NCBI GenBank assembly: GCA_965222025.1
Contig: CBDCTI010000007.1
Span: 555,339 to 619,338 of the forward strand
Origin: Dehalococcoidia bacterium
GTDB taxonomy: Bacteria; Chloroflexota; Dehalococcoidia; Lucifugimonadales; UBA3495
Length of the DNA: 64,000 bases
Direction: 5' to 3'
The number at the start of each line of letters is the position of its first letter. The stretch's first letter is position 1. The position numbers were made by a program, and so were the translations under genes. The notes under the pieces were generated by a model, which had not been told where the DNA came from, did not search any database, and was given only the letters and a program-made list of their open reading frames with translations. Of the stretch, positions 8,949 to 17,515 are shown in pieces.

Positions 8949-9407
8949 TTGGCCATGGCACCTAATAAACGAAGCGCATCGGTAACTGAACGTATACTCG
9001 AAACTCTCGAGGAGCGGGGATACCGTTCAACGACTCCCCGCAAGGCGCTTGCGCTTGCCATAGGTGAGCAGGAGCACCACTTCACCGCTGAAGCGCTCCG
9101 TCAGAAGCTGCCGCCCAAGCTGGGCCGCGCCACTGTCTATCGTACGCTGAAGATCCTGGTGGACGCCGACGTTCTATGCCGCGTGTTGCTGGAGGACGGC
9201 GACCTGCATTACCAGTTGAGCCACCACGGGCATCATCACCACCTGCTCTGCGTCCACTGCGGCTCCTCCCAGGACCTGACTGGCTGCGACATTGAGGATG
9301 TCCTCGTCACCACCTCGGCCTTCCATGGCTTCGAACTGAGCGGCCACTGGCTCGAGGTCTACGGACGCTGCAGTAGCTGCGTGGAAATGGGCAAGGCCGC
9401 TGATTAG
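8949..9407 (+). CDS. Fur family transcriptional regulator (Zur-like by context)
   Basis: 152 aa with a winged helix, an HHGHHHH stretch, and CVHC...CSSC cysteine pairs. It is adjacent to a ZnuABC-type operon. Confidence 0.85.
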   Translation: MAMAPNKRSASVTERILETLEERGYRSTTPRKALALAIGEQEHHFTAEALRQKLPPKLGRATVYRTLKILVDADVLCRVLLEDGDLHYQLSHHGHHHHLLCVHCGSSQDLTGCDIEDVLVTTSAFHGFELSGHWLEVYGRCSSCVEMGKAAD

Positions 9408-9646
9408 TATCTTTAACCAACTTATTTGATACTTTTTCTCCGTTAAGCCTTGTTAATGATACGATCTCTCAGTAATTGCAAAAAACTGAGACTAAATATC
9501 ATCTCACAGACCGTACTGATACGGAGTATTGATAAACGCTTTAATTGATACTATGTCTCGCTAATCGGTTCTATTGATACAAAGTCTTGAAACGGTTCTA
9601 TTTTTGAGACGGACCTAGTGTCCAAAAAGGAGAGACCAGGCCAATC
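9408..9646 (+). promoter_or_regulatory. AT-rich promoter/operator region with six TGATA(C/A) motifs
   Basis: The region is markedly AT-rich compared with its flanks. TGATAC or TGATAA occurs near 9427, 9466, 9516, 9528, 9545 and 9574. There is a 7-bp inverted repeat tctcagt/actgaga at ~9467-9492, and an AAAGGAG ribosome-binding site before 9647. Confidence 0.5.
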
Positions 9647-11968
9647 ATGAAGACCATGACCAGAAAAACTGCCACGGTTGTCGCATTACTCACTGCCGCA
9701 GCGCTCCTGTTGCTGGCGGTAGCTTGCGGCGGGGATTCGGAGGACGAGCAACCAGAGGCCACAACCCAGTCCTCCGCCACGGGAACGACCGGCTCCACTA
9801 GTCCTGATCCAACCACGGACGCGGTTCCTGGCGTCGGCCAGCAGACAACCCCTGGACCGGCGACCCAGGCGGGCAGCCAGCCCGCCGTCGCGGTGGCCCC
9901 GGGCGAGAAAATCAGCGTGGCCACCACCAGCAACATCCTGGCCGACTGGGTACGGGAAGTGGGCGGAGACCGCGTGGACGTTTTCCCGCTACTGCCGGCC
10001 AACGCAGACCCGCACACCTACCAACCCGGCGCCCAGGACATCGCTCGCATCGCCGACGCTGACCTGGTATTCAGCATCGGCCTGCAGCTCGAGGGCGGCT
10101 GGCTGGAAGAGCTGATCGAGAACGCAGCCCGCGACCACGACTCCATTGTGGCCGTGGGTGACGTCGTAGACCCCATCAACTTTGTCGAACTAATTGATGA
10201 ACACGGCGGGGAGGGTGCCGAAGACCTGGTGGGGAGCCTGTTCATCGGCGACGGCGAGACCGGAATGATGTCGATCATCGACCTGGAGCACGGGGACGTT
10301 GAGCAGGATGCGTTCGACCTCGGCTCCCGGGCAGGACACATCTACGCCACCAAGAACGGACGCTTCGCCATCGCGGTCTCAAGCGACGCCAACACGGCCC
10401 ACGTCTTTGACGGCGGCATCTACCTGGAGGCCCACGGCGACCACTTCGACGAGGTGGAAGGACCGGTCGAGCGGATGGACATTGACCTATCCGGAGATCG
10501 CCCGGTGCACCTGTACGTCGGCTCCGAATGGGCCACCGTCTTCTACGACGGCTCCGGGGATATCGTGCTGCTCAACGAGCACGAACTGGAGGAAGAGGGC
10601 GATGAGTACGTTCCTCCGAAGCTCAACGCCGGTGCCCATCACGGCGCGGCGGTCCCTCTGGAGGGTGACCTGTTCGCCGTAAGTGCCCAACACCCGGACT
10701 ACGCGTCAAATCCGGAAGACTACCGACTCCCCGTCGGCGCCGAAATTGTTGATCTCGACGGAAACGTGCTGCACCGCGACGAGGGTTGCGAGGGACTGCA
10801 CGGCGACGCCGGTAACGGGGACATGGCCGCATTCGGCTGTATGGGCGGCGTTCTGGTCGTCGAGGCCCACGGCGGCGAGTACGAGGGCATGTTCATCGGT
10901 CCACCTGCGGGCTCCCCGGAGGACTTCCGTATCACATCGGTATGGGGTTATCCGGGCCTTGACCACTTCTTTGGACTAGGCTCGGCGGTTGGGCTCTACG
11001 TAGTCGACCCCGAGGAGGGCGCAATGGAGCAGCTCATCACCGCATCTGAAGAAGGGCCCACGCCCATCAACGTCGCCATGAGCCACGACGGTGAGGCTCT
11101 GCTGGTGCTGATGAGCGACGGCGAGTTGCGGATGTACGACGCCCACGATCTGGACCTGTTGGCCTCGGCGGACGATTTCCTGACCGAGCCCGTGGAGACC
11201 GGCTTCTGGGCCCGCCCCCATGTGGTCACCGCCCCGGGCGCGGTGTTCATCACAGACTCCGTCGGCGGCGAGGTCATGCAGTTGGACGACCATGACCTGG
11301 AGGTCGTGAACCACTGGGAAGTTGACGGCAACCCCACCAAAATCGCCTTCGTTGGCATATACGGCGAGACTGATGACCTCGAGGAACATGGCCACGAGGA
11401 GGAGCACGACGAGGATGAGGGGGAGGAGCACGCCCACGGAGAGTTGGACCCGCACTTCTGGTTCGACCCGCTGCGCGTGCAGCAGGCAGTGAACGCCATT
11501 GCCGCGCAGCTCTCCACGGCGGATCCCGCCGGCCAGACCGCCTACCGCGAGAACGCAGCAGCTTACAACCGCGCGCTGGACGACCTGCACGCCTGGATCG
11601 AAGGACAGGTTGGCGCGTTGCCCGGAGACCACCGGGTGCTGGTAACGTCTCACGACAGCTTCCAGTATTTCGCGCGGAGGTACGGTTTCGAGGTGGCCGG
11701 GGCCATCTTCCCGGTAACCACCGAGGCCGAACCCACTGCCCAGGACCTCGCCATGCTGATAGAGACCATCGAGCACGAGGGCGTACACGCCGTGTTTACC
11801 GAGAGATCCCACAGCGAGCGGCTGGCCCAGCGTGTTGCCGAAGAGACCGGCGCGGAGATCGTCGGCGGGCTGTACACCGGCTCATTGGGCGACGAAGGAG
11901 GCGAGGCCGGCACTTACATCGACCTGATGCGACACAACACCACAATCATAGTGGAGGGATTGCGATAG
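9647..11968 (+). CDS. zinc-type ABC transporter substrate-binding lipoprotein (ZnuA/AztC-like) with ~380-aa internal insertion
   Basis: Lipobox LLAVACGG. The N-lobe reads ISVATTSNILADWV...DPHTYQP. The C-lobe reads DPHFWFDP...VTSHDSFQYF...VFTE. The acidic/His-rich run EEHGHEEEHDEDEGEEHAHGE sits just before the HFW motif. About 380 extra residues lie between the lobes. Confidence 0.85.
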   Translation: MKTMTRKTATVVALLTAAALLLLAVACGGDSEDEQPEATTQSSATGTTGSTSPDPTTDAVPGVGQQTTPGPATQAGSQPAVAVAPGEKISVATTSNILADWVREVGGDRVDVFPLLPANADPHTYQPGAQDIARIADADLVFSIGLQLEGGWLEELIENAARDHDSIVAVGDVVDPINFVELIDEHGGEGAEDLVGSLFIGDGETGMMSIIDLEHGDVEQDAFDLGSRAGHIYATKNGRFAIAVSSDANTAHVFDGGIYLEAHGDHFDEVEGPVERMDIDLSGDRPVHLYVGSEWATVFYDGSGDIVLLNEHELEEEGDEYVPPKLNAGAHHGAAVPLEGDLFAVSAQHPDYASNPEDYRLPVGAEIVDLDGNVLHRDEGCEGLHGDAGNGDMAAFGCMGGVLVVEAHGGEYEGMFIGPPAGSPEDFRITSVWGYPGLDHFFGLGSAVGLYVVDPEEGAMEQLITASEEGPTPINVAMSHDGEALLVLMSDGELRMYDAHDLDLLASADDFLTEPVETGFWARPHVVTAPGAVFITDSVGGEVMQLDDHDLEVVNHWEVDGNPTKIAFVGIYGETDDLEEHGHEEEHDEDEGEEHAHGELDPHFWFDPLRVQQAVNAIAAQLSTADPAGQTAYRENAAAYNRALDDLHAWIEGQVGALPGDHRVLVTSHDSFQYFARRYGFEVAGAIFPVTTEAEPTAQDLAMLIETIEHEGVHAVFTERSHSERLAQRVAEETGAEIVGGLYTGSLGDEGGEAGTYIDLMRHNTTIIVEGLR

Positions 11969-11970
11969 CC

Positions 11971-12753
11971 ATGACTGCTACGACGACCACTCCCCCTCTT
12001 GCCGCCGAGGACGTTACGGTGGAGTTCGGGGGAATAAAGATCCTGGACGACGTGTCCTTCAGCGCCGGCCCCGGCTGCATCATGGGAGTGGTCGGACCCA
12101 ACGGGGCGGGCAAGAGCACCCTATTCAACGTGATCACGGCACTGCTGCCCGCCACCTCGGGTCGGGTGTTGATTCACGGGAAGTCCATGCAGGAATCGCG
12201 GGGCGTGGTCGCCTACGTCCCGCAATATGAGCGGGTGAACTCCCGCATACCAACGAGCGCCTGGGACGTGGTGCTGCAGGGAAGGGTGCGCCATGCCGGC
12301 TGGTTCAGGCGTCCGCGCCGCGCCGACCGCGACGCGGCGGAATCGGCCCTGAACCGGGTCGGCATGTGGGACCGGCGCAAGTCGCTGGTCTACGAACTGT
12401 CGGGCGGCCAGCGCCAGCGCATCTTCGTCGCCCGCGCGTTGGCGCAGGGGGCCGACATCCTGCTGCTGGACGAGGCCTTCAGCGGCGTGGACATCGCATC
12501 CCAGAACGCCCTCATGGACGTGTTGCTGGAACTGCGGGACGATGGACGTACCATCATGATGTCGTCCCACGACATCAACCACATGGCCCACTACTGCGAC
12601 GAGTGCCTCTGCCTCAACTGCAACGTGTGCGCCTGCGGCCCGCCCGGAGAGGTGCTGAATGAGGAGGTCATGACCCAGCTGTACGGTCCCTTCGGCGCAG
12701 TGCCTTCCCACGGACATGGACTGGCGGGAGACGATCATGGACATCATCACTGA
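11971..12753 (+). CDS. metal ABC transporter ATP-binding protein (ZnuC-like) with His-rich C-terminal tail
   Basis: Walker A GPNGAGKST, signature LSGGQRQR, Walker B LLLDEA. The tail is SHGHGLAGDDHGHHH. Confidence 0.9.
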   Translation: MTATTTTPPLAAEDVTVEFGGIKILDDVSFSAGPGCIMGVVGPNGAGKSTLFNVITALLPATSGRVLIHGKSMQESRGVVAYVPQYERVNSRIPTSAWDVVLQGRVRHAGWFRRPRRADRDAAESALNRVGMWDRRKSLVYELSGGQRQRIFVARALAQGADILLLDEAFSGVDIASQNALMDVLLELRDDGRTIMMSSHDINHMAHYCDECLCLNCNVCACGPPGEVLNEEVMTQLYGPFGAVPSHGHGLAGDDHGHHH

Positions 12754-13606
12754 GGCTCTCGCCGGGCCCTTTCAGTATGGCTTCATGGTACGGGCCCTGG
12801 TCATCGCCGTAGTGGTCGGCGTTATGTGCCCAGTGGCCGGGGTCTACGTGGTAACGCGCGGCCTGGGATTCATGAGTGATGGCCTGGCCCACTCGGTGCT
12901 CCCCGGCATCGTGGCCGCGGCCATTTTCGGCACCACCGCGGCCAGCGTCTTCGTCGGTGGCATCCCCATGGCCATCATCATGGCCCTGCTCAGCGGCTTC
13001 CTGATCAAGCGCGCCGGCATCGGAGAGGATGCCTCGGTGGGCATCCTGTTTGCTGCCCTTTTCGCCATGGGCGTGATAATGATTAGCGTGGCCTCATCTC
13101 AGGGAATCTCGGTGCAGGTCCGGCTGGAAGACATGCTCCTCGGAAACGTGCTGGGTGTGTCAAATATCGAGATGTACGTCACCCTCGGCGTGGCTGGCGC
13201 GGTCATGCTGATGCTGTACTCGCTCCACAAGGAACTGGTATTCGCCAACTTCGATCCAACAGGTGCCGCAGTTGTCGGACTGCCCACAGAAAGGCTGGAA
13301 TATCTGCTGCTGGCCCTCCTGGCCATGGTGGTTGTAGTCGCGCTGCAGGCGGTGGGCATCATCCTGGTCATCTCGATGCTCATCACCCCGGCTGCCGCCG
13401 CCCTGCAACTCACTCGCAGCTTTACCGGGGCGATGCTCGTAGCGGCCCTCATCGGAGTTGCGTCGGGTATCTCTGGCCTGTATCTTTCTTACCACTTCAA
13501 CCTGCCATCCGGCCCGGTCATGGCGCTGGTAGCCTTCACATTCTTCGTTCTTTCGATCGGTTGGAAGCAGAAGGCGGCGGGTATATTACAACGCCAGAGG
13601 GCCTGA
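12737..13606 (+). CDS. metal ABC transporter permease (ZnuB-like)
   Basis: About 8 TM segments, ABC-3 family pattern. The start is taken at MDIITEAL (12737). The ORF is open from 12716. Confidence 0.85.
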   Translation: MDIITEALAGPFQYGFMVRALVIAVVVGVMCPVAGVYVVTRGLGFMSDGLAHSVLPGIVAAAIFGTTAASVFVGGIPMAIIMALLSGFLIKRAGIGEDASVGILFAALFAMGVIMISVASSQGISVQVRLEDMLLGNVLGVSNIEMYVTLGVAGAVMLMLYSLHKELVFANFDPTGAAVVGLPTERLEYLLLALLAMVVVVALQAVGIILVISMLITPAAAALQLTRSFTGAMLVAALIGVASGISGLYLSYHFNLPSGPVMALVAFTFFVLSIGWKQKAAGILQRQRA

Positions 13607-13607
13607 T

Positions 13608-14456
13608 ATGTATGATCTGAACGGCAAAATTGCCATAGTCACCGGCGCCGGCGGACGCCATGGCATCGGCCGCGCCATCGCTACGCGCCTCGCCTCCGAG
13701 GGTGCCAACGTCGTGGTCACCGACGTACCCCAGAGCCTTGACGCCATCCGCGCCGAGGACCGCCAGGCAGGCTGGGAGGGACTGAACAGCGTCGCCGCCG
13801 AGATCGAGGCCATGGGGCGTGAGTCCCTGGCTATCTTCTCCGACGTCTCCGAAAGCGATCAGGTCGACGACATGGTCGGACAGACGCTGGCCAAGTTTGG
13901 CCGAATCGACATAGTGGTCAACAACGCTGGCTCCCGCCCCGGCAAGGACCGGGTGCTGGTTGTAGAGCTTGAAGAGGAGGCCTTCGACGAGGTCATGCGC
14001 GTCAACGTGCGCGGCACCTACCTGGTCTCACGGGCCGCGGCTCGCCACATGCAGGCGCGGGGAGGCGGCGGCAAGATTATCAACATCTCCTCCGGTGCCG
14101 GCAAGCGCGGCATCGCCCGGTACGGCGCCTACTGCGCCTCCAAGTTCGCCGTCATCGGCTTCACCCAGGCACTGGCCCAGGAGATGGCCCAGCACCGCGT
14201 CAACGTCAACGCCATCTGCCCCGGCCTGGTGGACACAGAGCGCGTCGACTTCATCGCCGCCGCCCTCGCTCCCGAGGGCGAGTCCTCCGAGGAATACCGC
14301 GCCGGGATGATTGCGGACCGTGCCGTCCGGGTGCCCATGGGCCGAGTAGCCCAGGGCGACGACATCGCCCGCATGGCTGCTTTCCTGTCGTCCGCTGAGT
14401 CCGACTACGTCACCGGACTGTCCATCAGCGTCTCCGGCGGCTCCGAAATGAATTAA
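13608..14456 (+). CDS. SDR family oxidoreductase (FabG-like)
   Basis: TGAGGRHGIG cofactor motif, NNAG, and YCASK catalytic motif. Confidence 0.85.
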   Translation: MYDLNGKIAIVTGAGGRHGIGRAIATRLASEGANVVVTDVPQSLDAIRAEDRQAGWEGLNSVAAEIEAMGRESLAIFSDVSESDQVDDMVGQTLAKFGRIDIVVNNAGSRPGKDRVLVVELEEEAFDEVMRVNVRGTYLVSRAAARHMQARGGGGKIINISSGAGKRGIARYGAYCASKFAVIGFTQALAQEMAQHRVNVNAICPGLVDTERVDFIAAALAPEGESSEEYRAGMIADRAVRVPMGRVAQGDDIARMAAFLSSAESDYVTGLSISVSGGSEMN

Positions 14457-14484
14457 CCCGCTCATTCCCTATTGCTATCCAATC

Positions 14485-14514
14485 GGGGCGCACGGCCGTG
14501 CGCCCTTTCTTTTC
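14485..14514 (+). terminator. rho-independent terminator
   Basis: GC-rich hairpin ggggcgcacggccgtgcgccc followed by tttcttttc. Confidence 0.7.
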
Positions 14515-14640
14515 GCCTGCGACAACCGCCAAATTCGCAGGCGATTTTCTGTTTCCAACGGAACTCAGGGAACGATTCAGGAACCGGGCGCATATTATCA
14601 GTCAGAGGACCCCTCGCATTCAGGAACATGAGAGCTGCAG

Positions 14641-15231
14641 ATGACTGACAACGAAGCCGTAGCGCGCTGTCAGCGTGGCGACAGGGAAGCCTTCCGTCAT
14701 CTTGTCGACCAGTACAAGGACGTGATGTTCGGCACGGCCGTCCTCATGACGGGAAACCGGGCCGTGGCCGAGGAGCAGGTGCAGGAAGCCCTCCTCTCCG
14801 CTTGGCGCGGGATCAAGGGATTCCGCCTGGGAAGCCCCTTCAAGCCATGGCTGCTGCGAATCCTGGTCAACGCTGTGCTGGCCCAGCAGCGACGTCGCGT
14901 TCTTCCAACGGTGGAAATTGACGGCCCCGGCTCCGACTACCCGGACACAGGCAACATCGACCCCGCAGCAACTCTGGACGCCCTCGAAACCCGGATTGAA
15001 CTCAGGCGGGCCGTTACCGGCCTGAACCCGGACCACCGGCAGGTGGTTGCCCTGCGCTACTTTGCCGACCTCACCGTTCCAGAGGTGGCCCGGGTCCTGG
15101 GCGCGCGGGAGGGTACCGTCAAATCGCGCCTGCACCGGGCCTTGGCGTTGCTGCGTCAACAGTTGGACGACCCCGTTCTCGAAACCCCAGTGGCGCCCGG
15201 CCACTCTACTACAGCCTCAGAGGGAGGTTAG
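14641..15231 (+). CDS. ECF-type RNA polymerase sigma-70 factor
   Basis: Sigma-70 region 2 (FRHLVDQYKDVMFGTAVLMTG) and region 4 (LRYFADLTVPEVARVLGAREGTVKSRLHRA). Confidence 0.9.
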   Translation: MTDNEAVARCQRGDREAFRHLVDQYKDVMFGTAVLMTGNRAVAEEQVQEALLSAWRGIKGFRLGSPFKPWLLRILVNAVLAQQRRRVLPTVEIDGPGSDYPDTGNIDPAATLDALETRIELRRAVTGLNPDHRQVVALRYFADLTVPEVARVLGAREGTVKSRLHRALALLRQQLDDPVLETPVAPGHSTTASEGG

Positions 15232-15235
15232 CGCC

Positions 15236-17437
15236 ATGGCACACAACAATTCGCCGGACAGTGAATTTGACCCGGAAATGGAGCGCGTCCTCAGGGAGCA
15301 TTTCGACGCCGAGGACTCCAGTCTTCGTGCGCCCAACGATCCTTGGCCGTGGCTGGAGAGCCGCATGGAGGAACCTGCAATGCCGACATTTTTTTCACGC
15401 CTATTGGGATATCTGAACCCGATGCGCGGCGGTCGCCTCTCCCCCGCATTCGCGGTCGCAGGCGTAGCCGTCGTAGCAGTGGCCATGGCCACCGTCGTTT
15501 GGGTTGCCTCGGGCGGGGGTCCGGAGTCCTCCGGCGAACTGGCGTTGGTTCCAGCCACGGAAGCTCCCCCCGGCGAGGTGACCGCACTCCAGTTCGCCGA
15601 ATTGCGACTTGAGCCAACCACTCAAGTCGCCGTAGAAGACACGGCCCCTGCTGGGCCGGCAGGCCCCTCCGGCCCGGCCAGCGCCAGCGGCGCTGCGGGT
15701 GCCGCGAGTCCGGCCGGACCGCAGGGTCAGGCCGGGTCTGTCCCGCCGTCGTACACCACCGCCACCCCTGCCCCTACTCCGACGATGCAAGCGCAGGCTT
15801 TTGCAGAGCCAGCTCCCCGCGCTATGGCACCCACGCAAGCTCCCCAGTCCACTCCTGCTCCGAGTTCAGTCACGGCCCAGGAACAAGAGGCACTGAGAGT
15901 GATGGCACCCACACCGGCTCCCGCTGCGGCCGCCGACTCGGCGGGGCCCAAGGGACCCTCCGGCTCATCCGGAACTGCTGGCCCCGGCGGCGCGCCGCCC
16001 GACACCACCTTCCGCGACTACCAACGCCAGCCCTTCGTCTCCGCCGCCCAGGACAACCTCTCAACCTTCAGCCTGGACACCGACCGCACGTCGCTGCACT
16101 TGGCGCTGAACTGGGCGCGGGCCGGATACGAGGTGAACCCCGACTCGGTGCGAGCCGAGGAGTGGCTCAATGCCTTCAACTACGAATATGCCCAGCCCTC
16201 GGGAACTGACAACTTCGCCATTACCAGCGACATGTTCCCTCACCCGCTGGATGAGAGCAAACGACTGGCCCGCGTCGCCTTCCAGGCCCCGGAACTGGTG
16301 GACGACAGGCCGCTCAACGTTACCCTCGTCCTCGACGCCTCGGGTTCCATGGGCGACGGCAACAGGGTCAACATCGCACGCCAGGCGGCGGAAAGCATCC
16401 GCCGTAGCCTCCGCAATGATGACCGCATCGCTGTAGTCCACTTTACCGACGACGTGATCGACAGCTACACCGTCGAGCACCGCTCACCTGACCACTACCG
16501 TGTGATTGACAGCATCAGTTGGCTGGAACCCCACGGCAGCACCAACGTGCAGGCCGGGCTGAACCTCGGCGTTCAACTCGCCTCCGACGCTCGCGATAGG
16601 CGCCCGGACACCTACAACTACGTCATCCTAATGTCCGACGGGGTCGCCAACGTCGACGCCACAGATCCCTTCGCCATCCTGGAGACAGCCTACGATCCCG
16701 ATACTCGCAACCCCCTGCGCATAATCACCATCGGCGTCGGCATCAACAACTACAACGACCCGCTCCTGGAGCAACTGGCGCAGCACGGCAACGGCTGGTA
16801 CCGCTACCTGGACAGCACCGAGCAGGCCGAAGCCACATTCACCCGCGACAACTGGCTGGCGCTGTCCATCCCCTTCGCCGACCAGACCAGGGCTCAGGTC
16901 ACCTGGAACACCGGCACGGTGGAGCAATGGCGGATCATCGGATACGAGAATCGAGTGACCGCCGACGAGAATTTCACGCAGGACCGCAAGGAGTTCGCCG
17001 AGCTGTACTCGGGGGCCACCACCACCGTCCTGTACGAGTTGGAGTTGACCGAGGCTGCCCGGTCCCTCACCAGCGTCCCATTGGGCCAAGTGGAACTTCG
17101 CTGGGTCGAACCGGACACCGGCGACTCCCGCAGCCAGACGGCCAACCTTTCAGGGAACGCTGGCGCGGGCTTTGAAGGATACGACGGCTCGTTGGCCCGA
17201 TTCGGGGCGATTGTGGCCCTGGCCGCCGATCTGTACGGTTCGCTGCCCAACTACCCGGAGGACACCTGCCCAGAGATCCACTCCGGCCTGTCCTCCCTGC
17301 AGGCGCAGCTGGAGGCTCTCAGCGACGAACTAGGATCGCTGGACGCCTACAATGACTTCGTGTTTCTGCTTGACCACATTGCAAGCAGCGTCGGAGACAG
17401 GATGCCCTCTTCCTCACGCTCGGGATACAGCCGCTAG
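15236..17437 (+). CDS. putative anti-sigma factor with one TM, Pro/Ala-rich spacer and YfbK-like von Willebrand A domain
   Basis: The ATG at 15236 lies 5 nt after the sigma gene stop. TM segment AFAVAGVAVVAVAMATVVWV. VWA MIDAS motif LVLDASGSMG. NAFNYEY and a DUF3520-like C-terminus, as in YfbK-type proteins. Confidence 0.75.
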   Translation: MAHNNSPDSEFDPEMERVLREHFDAEDSSLRAPNDPWPWLESRMEEPAMPTFFSRLLGYLNPMRGGRLSPAFAVAGVAVVAVAMATVVWVASGGGPESSGELALVPATEAPPGEVTALQFAELRLEPTTQVAVEDTAPAGPAGPSGPASASGAAGAASPAGPQGQAGSVPPSYTTATPAPTPTMQAQAFAEPAPRAMAPTQAPQSTPAPSSVTAQEQEALRVMAPTPAPAAAADSAGPKGPSGSSGTAGPGGAPPDTTFRDYQRQPFVSAAQDNLSTFSLDTDRTSLHLALNWARAGYEVNPDSVRAEEWLNAFNYEYAQPSGTDNFAITSDMFPHPLDESKRLARVAFQAPELVDDRPLNVTLVLDASGSMGDGNRVNIARQAAESIRRSLRNDDRIAVVHFTDDVIDSYTVEHRSPDHYRVIDSISWLEPHGSTNVQAGLNLGVQLASDARDRRPDTYNYVILMSDGVANVDATDPFAILETAYDPDTRNPLRIITIGVGINNYNDPLLEQLAQHGNGWYRYLDSTEQAEATFTRDNWLALSIPFADQTRAQVTWNTGTVEQWRIIGYENRVTADENFTQDRKEFAELYSGATTTVLYELELTEAARSLTSVPLGQVELRWVEPDTGDSRSQTANLSGNAGAGFEGYDGSLARFGAIVALAADLYGSLPNYPEDTCPEIHSGLSSLQAQLEALSDELGSLDAYNDFVFLLDHIASSVGDRMPSSSRSGYSR

Positions 17438-17515
17438 GTTAGAGAGGAGGAGAAGCCACAAACCCTCCTATAGCCTCTTCGCCTAGTCTCTTCGCCATTC
17501 AAGGGCAGCGAGGGT

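Noticed and set aside
15047-15235. Upstream extension of the VWA/anti-sigma ORF
   Set aside because: It overlaps the sigma factor gene in another frame. The ATG at 15236, right after the sigma stop, gives a sensible N-terminus.
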